Notes: a model not told the origin generated them from the sequence alone. A DNA stretch of 64,000 bases from a virus (IMGVR_UViG_3300020049_016424:1-64000); one strand, 5' to 3'; shown: positions 24,998 through 36,198, numbered from the stretch's first letter. Made by a program: numbers and translations.

Positions 24998-26413
24998 ATG
25001 CCGCAGGAAGTCTTCGGACTACGGCCCCCGATTCAGCTCGAGGCGGAGCCGAACACCACGCAGGGGCGCTTCTTCAGCGCCCTGCCGGGGTCGACGCCGA
25101 AGTTCGCGTACAACAGGGGACCGCGGCGTAGCGAGTTCACCGAGTCGATGGCTCGGATGATCATCGATGTGCCTGACCCGGCGCGGCTGCGTGCACTACG
25201 CGCGATGCTGCCCGACGAGACCCGGCAAGCGTCGGCGCCGCTGCTCTACAGCGGTGATCTCACATCGATCACTCGAGGGTCGGGGCTCGGGCTCGGGTAC
25301 TTCGACTTTCTGCTGACGAGCGCACAGATCACGCGCCAAGAGCGCGAGCAGCTCGTCGACACGCTCACGGACAACACCGTGATCTACTATTCGGGCGAGA
25401 GCGCCCCGATGATCAACTGCGCCGGCGTGTTCCTGAACACGTACCAGGACGACCAGCACGTCTGGTTTCAGCTGCTCTACAGCGACCTTCTACGCGGCTC
25501 AGCGCTCGCGCGGCACGACCTCGTTGTTCGCTTCCGGTTCGACAGCTTCTACTTCACTGGGTACCTCGCGAACCTGAGCGCCGGCATCAACGGCGGGGAC
25601 AAGAATCACACGACGTTCAGCTTCGTGTTTCGCGTGAAGGAGATGCGTCTCGCCACGCCAATCTTGATGAACCCCACCGAGGGCATCAGCTCGTTCATCT
25701 CGGGCGTCTACCTCGACGTCGAGGATGAAGCAGAAGAAGCACGGCATGGCGTGCAGACAGCGCCGCTACCCCGTGCGCCGCGCAGCCTGCCCTCCGCAGC
25801 AGCAGAGCGTGCGGCGGAGACCGACCCTCGCGAGGCCGCGCGCACGGATGCCGTGCCCGAGCGTCAGGCGCAGGCGCAGGTCGACCAAGCACTGATCGAC
25901 GAGCTCCTCCAGATCGACGTAGCGGGCGAGGCCATTCCCGAGCTCCAGCGCCAGGTTCTCGACGCGGTCTCTGCGCCCATCACCCCGGGCAGCGGCGACG
26001 TGCGGCAGGCGCTTCCTGCGTCTGAATCGCAGCGTTTCCAGGATTTCCGCACGGTCCCGACTCCGAAGGCTGCCCCGACCGATCCGCTCACGCGCACCGA
26101 GCTCGAGATCGAACGCCAACTGCGCGCGGCAGAGACGCGCGGCACCATCATCATCTCGCCAGTCACGGGCGTCACCGAGCGCGCCTCCGCGTACACGGAC
26201 ACGATCGCCCGCGCGGACGCGCTTCTCACCGATGCCCCCGCCGCGCCTTCCGCGCTCGCGGGCAACAACCGCCCGCCGGAGACGTCGGCCGGAGAGCAGT
26301 CGCTCGCCGACGTGTACAATCCGCCTCCGACGCTCATCGCAGAGTATCGCCGGCGCCTCGGCACCGCGCAGGCTGCACCCCCACCCCGAACCCGTCAACG
26401 GACTACGGCATGA
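24998..26413 (+). CDS. putative tail tube initiator / baseplate-associated protein
   Basis: N-terminal beta-rich tube-like pattern (FLLTSAQITRQEREQL...FTGYLANLS...FSFVFRV) and a Pro/Ala-rich C-terminus; position after the tape measure. Confidence 0.45.
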   Translation: MPQEVFGLRPPIQLEAEPNTTQGRFFSALPGSTPKFAYNRGPRRSEFTESMARMIIDVPDPARLRALRAMLPDETRQASAPLLYSGDLTSITRGSGLGLGYFDFLLTSAQITRQEREQLVDTLTDNTVIYYSGESAPMINCAGVFLNTYQDDQHVWFQLLYSDLLRGSALARHDLVVRFRFDSFYFTGYLANLSAGINGGDKNHTTFSFVFRVKEMRLATPILMNPTEGISSFISGVYLDVEDEAEEARHGVQTAPLPRAPRSLPSAAAERAAETDPREAARTDAVPERQAQAQVDQALIDELLQIDVAGEAIPELQRQVLDAVSAPITPGSGDVRQALPASESQRFQDFRTVPTPKAAPTDPLTRTELEIERQLRAAETRGTIIISPVTGVTERASAYTDTIARADALLTDAPAAPSALAGNNRPPETSAGEQSLADVYNPPPTLIAEYRRRLGTAQAAPPPRTRQRTTA

Positions 26414-26739
26414 CCCTCCCGCTCCTCTCTCGAAAGCACGCCGAGCTCGAGCTCCATGACAAACTCGACGACCTCGGCATCGGGATTCTGGCTGCGCCTT
26501 CTGTGATGGAAGGCATGGGCAGTCTCCTGCAGCGTGTGCCCCGCGCGGGGGTTCAGGGCGCGGGGCGGGCGCTGCACGGTCTCGGAGAGACGCTGCACAG
26601 TTCGCCGGCCTACAACCTGCCCGGCTACGCGCTCGTGGCGCCGTCGATCACGCATGGGCTCGCGGATGCTCTCGGCGGAGACCCCTCGGCGCAGAAACTC
26701 GCAGGCATGCGCGAGGCCCTTTCGCTCTTCGGATTCTGA
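26410..26739 (+). CDS. hypothetical protein
   Basis: ATGA coupling, 109 aa. Confidence 0.55.
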   Translation: MTLPLLSRKHAELELHDKLDDLGIGILAAPSVMEGMGSLLQRVPRAGVQGAGRALHGLGETLHSSPAYNLPGYALVAPSITHGLADALGGDPSAQKLAGMREALSLFGF

Positions 26740-26746
26740 GGCGCCC

Positions 26747-27688
26747 ATGGTGTTGTGGAACCCCAAGGCCTATTTGCCGAATCCGCCCGCGGTGCCGCTG
26801 CCCGTGACCGCGGCGGTGTTCATGTTGCAAGGGCCTTCGCCGAACAGCGCACACGTGGGAGCGACGCCGCTACTGCGCATCGCGCTCTACGAAGACGCCC
26901 CGAGCATCAATCTCGGCACGTTCCGCTGGTACCTCGATGAGCAACTGATCTACGAAGCGGGCAGCACGGGCTTTTTGCCCCTCGTACGGGGCACCGTGGT
27001 GTACGTCGCGGGCGGCTTCGCCTCCGCGCGGAGTGTCTACTCGTGCGTGCCCCGTACCCCCTTCGAGCCGGGGTCGCTGCACACCCTGCGTGCCACGATC
27101 ACGGTCAGCGGTACGCCACAGAGCACGATCTGGAGCTTCCGCGTACAGGAACCGCAGGACGTGTTTCTGGGCGCGGACCTGTCTCCGATTGAGCAGTATC
27201 TGCTCACCCCGATGTCGCGCTTCCTCGACACAGAGCCTCTTCGTCGCGCGTTCCTGAACCTGGCGTTGCGAGAACCTCCGCCCCCCGGCGTCGACGCAGA
27301 CGCACTCGCTGCGCGAGTGATGTACCAGCTCGCGTTCGGAACCGAAGTCTCTGTCATCCTCAACCCTTTCCTGCGTCCGAAGCAGCGCATTCTCGACGCC
27401 AAGATCCCACAACGGCGCAGGGCACACGACCTCGACCGGCGTCTGGCACCCTTGCGGACCCTGTTTGAGGTGGCCACCGAGGACCTGATCTCACAGGGAG
27501 CGCTCCCACGCGAATACCGCACGAACCTGGTCGACTACAGCCAGTCGATGCTCTACCCCTACCGCGTCTCGGCGATTGCCGCGCTCATCCTCTACGCCAA
27601 GGCCGTGGAGAACCTTTCGGCCAGCGCCGCAGCTCAAATCTTCGAACACGGGCTCGGTGCGGACCTACCCTTCGATCTCGGCGGGTAG
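26747..27688 (+). CDS. virion structural protein with an Ig-like N-terminal domain
   Basis: PSPNSAHV...PRTPFEPGSLHTLRATI...WSFRV resembles Big_5-type Ig domains. Confidence 0.5.
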   Translation: MVLWNPKAYLPNPPAVPLPVTAAVFMLQGPSPNSAHVGATPLLRIALYEDAPSINLGTFRWYLDEQLIYEAGSTGFLPLVRGTVVYVAGGFASARSVYSCVPRTPFEPGSLHTLRATITVSGTPQSTIWSFRVQEPQDVFLGADLSPIEQYLLTPMSRFLDTEPLRRAFLNLALREPPPPGVDADALAARVMYQLAFGTEVSVILNPFLRPKQRILDAKIPQRRRAHDLDRRLAPLRTLFEVATEDLISQGALPREYRTNLVDYSQSMLYPYRVSAIAALILYAKAVENLSASAAAQIFEHGLGADLPFDLGG

Positions 27689-27741
27689 CCCAGACTTTCA
27701 CACCTGAAAGGCCGCGACGTGCGCTATAGTCAGGCGCAGCT

Positions 27742-30700
27742 ATGCCGCTCACAAGCCTGCCTACTCGCGCTCCGGGTATCGACGCTCCGACGGCCATCGG
27801 TGGCGTGAAATCGAACGCTCGGCCGTTCACCGAGGACAAGCGCTACCTCAAGATCCCTGCGGACGAGTACAACCGCATCCTCTCGTACCTGATCGATGTT
27901 TGCGACACGGTCGGTCTGACGAGCGGCGCGACGCCGGGCTCTCTCTGGGAGGCGGTGCTGGGAGGCGGCGGCGGTACGGGGCTCGAGGCAGGTATCGTCG
28001 CCTCTCCGGACTTCTTCAGCTCCGCGGGCGCCTTCAGCACGACGACGCGCGTCCATGTGGGCAGCGGCACCGGCTATGTGCGGCAGCTTCCTGCGGCAGC
28101 CACGGACTACTACTCATGGACGCTCGTCTACACGGGCGTGCCGGGGCAGACGATCACCATCGGGCGCAACGGCGGAAGCATCAACGGGATGCTCGCGGAC
28201 TACGTCGTCGACGCGGCTGAGGGCACCAACCGGATCGTCCGCATCGAGGGCGGAGCCGGCGGGGTCTGGCGGGTCGCCGAGATCGCGAACTGGCCGGAGG
28301 TCGACGCCGCCATCACGTCGGTTGCCGGGGACCTCGCAGCGCTCACGCTTCTCGTAGGTGCTGCGGACGGCTCGACGCCCGGGTCTGCGTGGGAAGCCAT
28401 CGTGCAGATGCTTTCGGGGCGCAACCCGAACGTGCAGACGGTCGTCGGCGCCGACATCCTCAACGCGACGGCGTCTCTCGTCCTCGCATCCGGCTCCGGC
28501 TACGCGTTCTCGATGCCCGTGCCGGGCAGCATCACGATGCACCGCGAAGTGCGGGTGCTCTACACGGGAACGCCGAGCATCTCGCTGGCGGGTAACGGCG
28601 GCACGCTCAACGGCAGCGCATCAGTCACGCTGCCTGGCGGAGCTGCGGGCAGCGCACGCTACGCAGAGCTCGTGCTGCGCCCCGGTGGCGTACACTTCGT
28701 CAGCGCCCCTGTCGGCGCCTCGGCGCCGCTCAGCGTCGTCGGCAACGGTGGCGCGACCGCGGGGCTTCCGGAAGAGCTCACGACGACGGCGGGCTCTGGC
28801 GCAGTGCTGCGTGAGTCGGGCGGTGTGCTTGCATTCGGCGCCATTGCGTCGGGCGGCCTCGCGCCGAACTCCGTCACCGACACGATCTTGCGGGACTCGC
28901 AGCCGCTCAGCGTCATCGGACGCGACAGCAACACGCTCGGAGACCCGGCAGACATCGTCGCGGGGGCTCTTACGGGGCCGCTGCGAAGCACGGGCACGGT
29001 GCTCGGCTTCCGCAAGGACAACTACGCGGCGGTGGTAGCGCCCGCGGTTGGCAACGACGCGACGCAGGGGTATGAGATCGGAAGCGTGTGGGTGGATACG
29101 GTCGCGGACCGCGTCTACGTCGCCACCGACGTGTCCGCGGGCGCCGCAGTATGGCGCGAGACCTCGCTTGCTCCGGGCTCGGTCACGGATCTCATCCTGC
29201 GCGACTCCGCCGCTTTGAGCGTCATCGGCCGCAGCGCGAACTCTGCGGGCGACCCTGCGGACATCGCAGCCGTCGCGACGTCCGGCGCCGTCTTGCGCGA
29301 GTCCGGCTCCGTGATCGGCTTCGGCACCGTGGCCACGGCAGGCCTCGGCGACGATCAGGTCACCAACGCGAAGCTCCGCAACTCGGGAGCCCTGTCGGTC
29401 GTAGGCCGCTCGGCGAACTCGGCCGGCGACCCCGCGGACATCTCCGCCACGGCCGCGTCGGACGCGGTGCTTCGTGAGTCAGCCTCGGTCCTCGGCTTCG
29501 GCACGGTCGCTACGGGCGGCCTCGCCAACAACGCGGTCACCGACGCAAAGCTGCGCCAGGGCGCCGCGCTCACTGTCGTGGGCCGCAGCGCGAACTCGCT
29601 GGGCAACGTCGCGGACATCGCGGCTGTGGCTGCGTCGGGCGCCGTCCTGCGCGAGTCGGGCAGCACCCTCGGCTTCGGCACCGTCGCCACCGCAGGCCTC
29701 GCCGCGAACGCGGTCACGAACACGATCATCCGAGACTCAGGCGCCCTGAGCGTCATCGGCCGCTCTGTGAACTCGAGCGGTGACCCGGCAGACATCAGCG
29801 CGACGGCGGCATCCGGCGCAGTACTTCGTGAATCCGCGTCGGTGCTCGGCTTCGGCACGGTGGCTACTGCGGGCATCGCTGACACCGCGGTGACGGACGC
29901 AAAGCTCCGGAACTCGACCGCGCTCACGGTCATCGGACGCTCTGCGAACACGGCAGGCGTCCCTGCAGACATCGCAGCTGTTGCGGCGTCGGGCGCGGTC
30001 CTGCGTGAGTCAGGCAGCACGCTCGGCTTCGGCACCGTCGCCACCGCCGGCCTCGCCGACGACTCCGTCACCGACGCAAAGCTCGCCAACATGGCGGCGT
30101 TGACGGTCAAAGCGAACGCGACGAACGCAGCGGCCGACCCCGCAGATCTCGCGGCGAGTGCGGGCGGCAACGGCGTCTTGCGTGAGTCGGGGAGCACCCT
30201 CGGCTTCGGGCTGGTCGCGACCGCGAACGTGGCGACGAACGCCATCACCAACACGCTCATCCGGGACTCCGGAGCCTTGAGCGTCATCGGGCGTAGCGCG
30301 AACTCGAGCGGCGACCCGGCCGACATCGCAGCGACGCCTGCCTCGGGCGCTGTCCTGCGTGAGTCGGGCTCCGTGCTCGGCTTCGGCACCGTCGCCACGG
30401 CAGGCCTCGGCGACGACCAGGTCACCGACGCGAAGCTCCGCAACTCGGGGGCGCTGACGGTCATCGGCCGTGCGGTGAACTCGAGCGGAGACCCCGCCGA
30501 CATCGCTGCCGGGTCGAACACGGGTCCGCTGCGCAGCAACGCGAGCGCGCTCGCCTTCCGCAAGGACAACTACGCAGCCGCCGTCGACCCCACCGCGACG
30601 GACGACAGCGCTGCCGGCTACGAGGTCGGTTCGGTCTGGATCAACCTGACCGCGCAGCACCTCTATCGCTGCTCGTCGGCGACGCCGACCGCGGCGACGT

Positions 30701-33700
30701 GGATCCGGCTCGACAACACCGACATCGACGCAGGGCTCCTGCCCCCGTCCAGCATCGAGGTAGCCTCGGCCTCGACGCTGCTCATCGCGCCGGCCACGCG
30801 GTACGTGCGGGCGACGTACGCCGCAGGCACGCAGACCCTCACGCTGCGCGGTCTCGTCGACCACCCCCTCGGCAAGCAGATCTTGCTCGGCCACGAGAGC
30901 ACGGGCACGAACAGCATCGTCATCCAGCCCGACACCGGCGCGAGCATCGGTGGGGGCGCGGTCGATGCACCCTTCACCATCCCGACCTCGAACACGCCTG
31001 CGAGCGCGACCACGCCCGATCGCCTGTGGGTCCTTGTGCGCGCCGCGAACACCGTCTGGCGCGTCCTCGGGCCGGGGCTCATCGAGAGCACGGATCTCGC
31101 CGCGAACGCGGTCACCAACACGGCGCTTCGAGACTCGGGAGCTCTCTCGGTCATCGGCCGCGCGGCGAACTCCTCGGGCGACCCGGCGGACATCGCGACG
31201 ACCGCCGCGTCCAACGCGGTGCTCAAGGAGACCGGGTCGACGCTGGCCTTCGGCCTGGTGACGACGGCGAACGTCACGGCGAACGCCGTCGACAACACGC
31301 TCATCCGAGACTCCGGCGCCTTGAGTGTGATCGGACGGAGCGCGAACTCTTCGGGGGACCCCGCGGACATCGCGGCCGTCGCTGCGTCCGGCGCGGTGCT
31401 CCGCGAGTCGGGCTCGGTGCTTGGCTTCGGGACCGTCGCCACCGCAGGCCTCGCCAACGACGCGGTCGACAACACGAAGATCCGTAACTCGGGAGCTCTC
31501 TCGGTTATCGGCCGCTCCGCGAACACCACGGGCGATCCCGCAGATATTTCGGCCACGGCCACCTCAGGCGCGGTGCTCCGTGAATCAGGCTCCGTGCTCG
31601 GCTTCGGCACGGTCGCTACGGCAGGCCTCGGCGACGACCAGGTCACCGACGCGAAGCTCCGCAACTCGAGCGCCCTCAGCGTCATCGGCCGCGCCACGAA
31701 CACCTCGGGTGACCCTGCAGACATCGCAGCCGGGTCGAATACCGGCCCGCTGCGCAGCAACGGCACGGCCGTCGCGTTCCGCAAGGACAACTACGCAGCG
31801 GCCGTCGCGCCGGGCGTAAACGACGACAGCATCGCGGGGTACGAGATCGGGAGCGTCTGGATCGATACCACGGCGGACCGGGCCTACACGGCGACGGACG
31901 TGTCGGCGGGCGCGGCGCTCTGGCGTGAGATCTCGCTCGCGCCGAACTCGGTGACGAACGCCATCCTGCGCGACTCCGGAGCGCTCAGCGTCATCGGCCG
32001 CTCGGTGAACTCGGCGGGAGACCCCGCCGACATCTCGGCGACTGCGGCCTCGGGCGCAGTCCTGCGCGAGTCGGGCTCCGTGCTCGGCTTCGGCACCGTC
32101 GCCACGGCAGGCCTCGCAGACGCCAACGTCACCTACGCGAAGATCCAGAACGGCGCGGCGCTCTCCGTAGCGGGTCGCAGCGCGAACTCTGCGGGCGTGA
32201 TGGCGGACATCTCGGCAGCGGCCGCCTCGGGTGCGGTGCTTCGAGAGGCGTCGAACGTCCTCGGTTTCGGCACGGTTGCTACCGCGGGTCTCGCGAACGA
32301 TGCCGTCGACAACACCAAGATCCGTAACTCGGGCGCGCTCAGCGTCATCGGACGCAGCGCGAATACCACGGGCGACCCTGCGGACATCTCCGCGGTCGCG
32401 GCTTCGAACACGGTGCTCAAGGAGACGGGGTCGACGCTGGCCTTCGGGCTGGTCGCGACGGCGAACGTCACCACGAACGCCATCGACAACACGCTCATCC
32501 GAGACTCTGGAGCTCTCTCGGTCATCGGACGCTCCGCGAACACGTCGGGCGACCCGGCTGACATCTCCGCCACCGCCGCTTCGGATGCGGTGCTCCGCGA
32601 GTCGGGCTCCGTGCTCGGCTTCGGCACGGTCGCTACGGGCGGCATCGCGAACGACGCCATCGACAACACCAAGATCCGGAACTCGGGCGCGCTGAGCGTC
32701 ATCGGGCGCTCGGTGAACTCCGCGGGCGACCCGGCAGATATCTCGGCCACGGCCTCGAGCGACCAAGTCCTGCGCGAGGCTGCGGGCGTTCTCGGCTTCG
32801 GCACCGTCGCCACTGCGGGCCTCGCGAACGGCGTCGTCGAGGCGAAGCTCGCAGCAGCGTCTGCTGCGGTCGCGTTCAACAGCCAGCGCCTCACGCTGGT
32901 GGCCGACCCTGTCGCCGCGCAGGACGTGGCTACCAAGGCCTACGTAGACGCCATCGCGCAGAACCTCGACATCAAGGACTCTGTCCGCGCCACCTCGACG
33001 ACGAACATCACGCTCTCGGGCCCTCAGGTCATCGACGGCGTCTCGATCATCGCCGGCGATTCCGTGCTCGTGCAGGGGCAGACGCTCGGGGAGAACAACG
33101 GCATCTACCTGGCAGCAGCGGGCGCTTGGACCCGCCGCAGCGACGCGGACACCTCCGCGAAGGTCACCTCTGGCATGTTCACCTTCGTCACCGAAGGTAC
33201 CGCCTTCGGAGACAACGGGTACGTCCTGACGACGCAGGACCCCATCGTGCTCGGCACGACTCCGCTCGTGTTCACGCAGTTCTCGGGCGCGGGCATGATC
33301 ATCGCGGGCGCCGGTCTCACGAAGACGGGGAATACCCTCGATGTCGTAGGGGCCAACTCTAGCATCCAGGTCAACGCCAACAGCATTCAGGTAGGTACCA
33401 ACTCGATCGGGAATACCCTGATTCGCCAGGGCACAGCGCTCACCGTCATCGGCCGTTCGGCGAACTCGACGGGGGACGTGGCCGACATCGCAGCGGGGGC
33501 CGCGTCGGGCGCCGTCCTGCGTGAGGCCTCGAACGTCATCGGCTTCGGCACCGTCGCGACGGCGGGTCTCGGCGATGACCAGGTCACGGACGCGAAGCTC
33601 CGCAACTCGAGCGCCCTCAGCGTCGTGGGCCGCTCCGCGAACACGTCGGGCGACCCAGCTGACATCTCGGCCACCGCCGCTTCGGATGCGGTGCTCCGCG

Positions 33701-36198
33701 AGTCGGGCTCCGTGCTCGGCTTCGGCACGGTCGCTACGGGCGGCATCGCCAACAACGCGGTGACGAACGCCAAGGCCGCGCAGATGGCTGCGCTCACGGT
33801 GAAGGCGAATGCGACCAACGCGCTTGCCAATGCTGCAGATCTCGCCGCGGTCGCGACCTCGGGCGCAGTGCTTCGAGAATCCGGCTCGACGCTCGCCTTC
33901 GGCACCGTGGCGACGGCGGGCCTCGGCGACGACCAGGTGACCAACGCGAAGCTCGCCAACATGGCGGCGCTGGCGGTCAAGGCGAACGCAACGAACGCAG
34001 CGGCGGACCCTGCTGATCTCGCAGCGGTGGCCGCGTCCGGCGCCGTGCTCCGTGAGTCCGGCTCGACGCTCGGCTTCGGCACGGTCGCTACGGCGGGCCT
34101 CGCGAACTCGGCGGTCACCTACGCCAAGATCCAGAATGGAGCTGCGCTCTCCGTGGCCGGACGCAGCGCGAACTCTGCGGGCGTGATGGCGGACATCACG
34201 GCCGTTGCAGCCTCTGCTGCGGTGCTTCGTGAGTCGGGCAGCACCATTGGCTTCGGCACCATCGCCACCAACGGCATCGCGAACGCCGCGGTCACCTACG
34301 CGAAGATTCAGAACGGCGGCGCGCTCAGCGTCGCAGGACGCTCGGCGAACTCGTCGGGCGCCATGGCCAACATCTCGGCCACCGCGGCCTCGGGCGCAGT
34401 GCTCCGTGAATCGGGCTCCGTGCTCGGCTTCGGTACGGTGGCCACCGCAGGCATCGCGAACGGCGCCGTCACTGAGGCCAAGGTCACGTACACCACGGCC
34501 ACCGTGGCGGGCGCCTCTGCGACGCTCACGGGCGCCAGCATGACGCGCATCACGTACGCGGCAGGCGTCTGCACGCTCACGCTGCCCGCCTCGCTCACCA
34601 CGTGGCCTATCGGCACGACGAATCGTCTCCAGAAGGAGAACGCATCGGCGTTCACCATCATCCTCACCCCGGACACGGGCAGCACGCTGCAGGGCGGCGC
34701 TGCGAACGCGCCCGTGACCTTGCCCGGCTCTGCGCTCCCGAGCTCGACCACGGTCGGGGACATGTGGTGGGACGTCACCCGCATCTCAGCGACGGTGTGG
34801 CGCTTCGACGGCGGCCATGCGCGGTACGTGACCAGCAGCGCGGGGGTAGGTCGCACCTACTACACCATCGTCGTCGGCAACGCGCTCGAGGGCGACACCC
34901 TCGATAGCTGCAACTACCTGGACCCGGGCGACTGCACGGGCCTCGATGCTGCGATCACCTTCGGGTACAACCTGAAGGCAACGATCTTCGTGCGCCGGGG
35001 TACGTACACGATGCCCGCAGCGCACGACCCGTGGGATCTCACGACGACCATGCACATCTTAGGCGAGGGACAGGGGCAGACGATCATCAGGGCACCTGTC
35101 GGAGACGCGTCGCACATGCCCTGGCGCATGTTCAAGCTTTCGGGAGCCTTCTGTGAGCTCAGCGACTTCGGCATTTTCGTGCCGGACCGCGCAGCGACTG
35201 TGGCTGCCTACGGCAGCACCCGCGGCATGATCGACGTCAGCGCCTTCGACTGCGCGGTACGGCGCGTTACCGTCATCACGGATTCGGACTTCACGGCGAC
35301 CGATAAGGCGCTCGGCGTCCTGAACTTCCCCGACGCGACGATCATCGGAGGCTTCGTCGCAGAAGATGTGACGCTGAACTGCCAGAACACGTCTCCCGTA
35401 GGGCACGCGACCAACCCCTACGGTATCGCGTTGGTGACCTCTGGAGAGATAGACGGCACAGCGCAGGTAGCGTCGGCGTACGGGTTCGGATTCGCGGAAC
35501 CTGTGTTCACGCGCATGCGCGTTCTCGGCGGCATGTGCGACGAGCTCGCAAACCCCTTCTACACTTGCGGGTTTTTGACGGGGCGTATGTCGCAGTACAT
35601 GCTCACGGACAGCGAGTTCCAGTTCTGTTCTCCCGCGATCGGGGGTATCTGGAGCAACCTCGCGGGCACCACGGTTTCGCGAGGCCCGCGCATCGACAAC
35701 GTGTCGATCATGGATCCGGATGGGCTTGCGGCAGGTTTCGCTACCTCGGTGACTCTGTCTATGGTCAATACGGGCACCGCCCTTGAGTTCACGCGATGCA
35801 ATCTTTCAAGGATTCGCATCGCCGGATGTCTCACAGGTGCGTACATTCCTGGCTACGTATGTACGTCTGACGCCACTGTGGTGCGCGACTTCAGCATCAC
35901 AGATTCGAGTGCAGTGTCTCGTGTCACCGCCTCCGAGCCCATGTGCCTCGTCAGCCTGGGCACCGGAGCGCGCGGCACACGCCTGCACGGCGTCGTTCTC
36001 GAGACCGCCACTGGAAGTGCAGCTCCGTGCGTTCTCACGCTGCAGGACGGCGCTCGGGGGCACATCATCGATTGCACCGCCGATACGATCGACATCACCG
36101 GCGCAGCCGATAAGACCATCGTGGCGCTCAACACCGCACGCACGGCCATCACCGACAGTGGCACGAACACCTCCATGACCGGGAACCAGATCGCATGA
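27742..36198 (+). CDS. giant tail fibre / adhesin (2818 aa)
   Basis: About 25 59-aa repeats, QDVATKAYVD...NNGIY...WTR tail-fibre domain, C-terminal beta-helix-like region. Confidence 0.85.
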   Translation: MPLTSLPTRAPGIDAPTAIGGVKSNARPFTEDKRYLKIPADEYNRILSYLIDVCDTVGLTSGATPGSLWEAVLGGGGGTGLEAGIVASPDFFSSAGAFSTTTRVHVGSGTGYVRQLPAAATDYYSWTLVYTGVPGQTITIGRNGGSINGMLADYVVDAAEGTNRIVRIEGGAGGVWRVAEIANWPEVDAAITSVAGDLAALTLLVGAADGSTPGSAWEAIVQMLSGRNPNVQTVVGADILNATASLVLASGSGYAFSMPVPGSITMHREVRVLYTGTPSISLAGNGGTLNGSASVTLPGGAAGSARYAELVLRPGGVHFVSAPVGASAPLSVVGNGGATAGLPEELTTTAGSGAVLRESGGVLAFGAIASGGLAPNSVTDTILRDSQPLSVIGRDSNTLGDPADIVAGALTGPLRSTGTVLGFRKDNYAAVVAPAVGNDATQGYEIGSVWVDTVADRVYVATDVSAGAAVWRETSLAPGSVTDLILRDSAALSVIGRSANSAGDPADIAAVATSGAVLRESGSVIGFGTVATAGLGDDQVTNAKLRNSGALSVVGRSANSAGDPADISATAASDAVLRESASVLGFGTVATGGLANNAVTDAKLRQGAALTVVGRSANSLGNVADIAAVAASGAVLRESGSTLGFGTVATAGLAANAVTNTIIRDSGALSVIGRSVNSSGDPADISATAASGAVLRESASVLGFGTVATAGIADTAVTDAKLRNSTALTVIGRSANTAGVPADIAAVAASGAVLRESGSTLGFGTVATAGLADDSVTDAKLANMAALTVKANATNAAADPADLAASAGGNGVLRESGSTLGFGLVATANVATNAITNTLIRDSGALSVIGRSANSSGDPADIAATPASGAVLRESGSVLGFGTVATAGLGDDQVTDAKLRNSGALTVIGRAVNSSGDPADIAAGSNTGPLRSNASALAFRKDNYAAAVDPTATDDSAAGYEVGSVWINLTAQHLYRCSSATPTAATWIRLDNTDIDAGLLPPSSIEVASASTLLIAPATRYVRATYAAGTQTLTLRGLVDHPLGKQILLGHESTGTNSIVIQPDTGASIGGGAVDAPFTIPTSNTPASATTPDRLWVLVRAANTVWRVLGPGLIESTDLAANAVTNTALRDSGALSVIGRAANSSGDPADIATTAASNAVLKETGSTLAFGLVTTANVTANAVDNTLIRDSGALSVIGRSANSSGDPADIAAVAASGAVLRESGSVLGFGTVATAGLANDAVDNTKIRNSGALSVIGRSANTTGDPADISATATSGAVLRESGSVLGFGTVATAGLGDDQVTDAKLRNSSALSVIGRATNTSGDPADIAAGSNTGPLRSNGTAVAFRKDNYAAAVAPGVNDDSIAGYEIGSVWIDTTADRAYTATDVSAGAALWREISLAPNSVTNAILRDSGALSVIGRSVNSAGDPADISATAASGAVLRESGSVLGFGTVATAGLADANVTYAKIQNGAALSVAGRSANSAGVMADISAAAASGAVLREASNVLGFGTVATAGLANDAVDNTKIRNSGALSVIGRSANTTGDPADISAVAASNTVLKETGSTLAFGLVATANVTTNAIDNTLIRDSGALSVIGRSANTSGDPADISATAASDAVLRESGSVLGFGTVATGGIANDAIDNTKIRNSGALSVIGRSVNSAGDPADISATASSDQVLREAAGVLGFGTVATAGLANGVVEAKLAAASAAVAFNSQRLTLVADPVAAQDVATKAYVDAIAQNLDIKDSVRATSTTNITLSGPQVIDGVSIIAGDSVLVQGQTLGENNGIYLAAAGAWTRRSDADTSAKVTSGMFTFVTEGTAFGDNGYVLTTQDPIVLGTTPLVFTQFSGAGMIIAGAGLTKTGNTLDVVGANSSIQVNANSIQVGTNSIGNTLIRQGTALTVIGRSANSTGDVADIAAGAASGAVLREASNVIGFGTVATAGLGDDQVTDAKLRNSSALSVVGRSANTSGDPADISATAASDAVLRESGSVLGFGTVATGGIANNAVTNAKAAQMAALTVKANATNALANAADLAAVATSGAVLRESGSTLAFGTVATAGLGDDQVTNAKLANMAALAVKANATNAAADPADLAAVAASGAVLRESGSTLGFGTVATAGLANSAVTYAKIQNGAALSVAGRSANSAGVMADITAVAASAAVLRESGSTIGFGTIATNGIANAAVTYAKIQNGGALSVAGRSANSSGAMANISATAASGAVLRESGSVLGFGTVATAGIANGAVTEAKVTYTTATVAGASATLTGASMTRITYAAGVCTLTLPASLTTWPIGTTNRLQKENASAFTIILTPDTGSTLQGGAANAPVTLPGSALPSSTTVGDMWWDVTRISATVWRFDGGHARYVTSSAGVGRTYYTIVVGNALEGDTLDSCNYLDPGDCTGLDAAITFGYNLKATIFVRRGTYTMPAAHDPWDLTTTMHILGEGQGQTIIRAPVGDASHMPWRMFKLSGAFCELSDFGIFVPDRAATVAAYGSTRGMIDVSAFDCAVRRVTVITDSDFTATDKALGVLNFPDATIIGGFVAEDVTLNCQNTSPVGHATNPYGIALVTSGEIDGTAQVASAYGFGFAEPVFTRMRVLGGMCDELANPFYTCGFLTGRMSQYMLTDSEFQFCSPAIGGIWSNLAGTTVSRGPRIDNVSIMDPDGLAAGFATSVTLSMVNTGTALEFTRCNLSRIRIAGCLTGAYIPGYVCTSDATVVRDFSITDSSAVSRVTASEPMCLVSLGTGARGTRLHGVVLETATGSAAPCVLTLQDGARGHIIDCTADTIDITGAADKTIVALNTARTAITDSGTNTSMTGNQIA
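28720..34480 (+). repeat. 177-bp (59-aa) coding tandem repeat, about 25 units in interrupted blocks
   Basis: Unit VTDAKLRNSGALSVIGRSANSSGDPADIAA..SGAVLRESGSVLGFGTVATAGL; period of 177 bp measured at 29314/29491 and 33541/33718. Confidence 0.9.

Noticed and set aside
28720-34480. CRISPR array or DGR template/variable repeat pair
   Set aside because: Repeats are contiguous in-frame coding units with no spacers, and differences fall mainly at synonymous positions rather than at adenines
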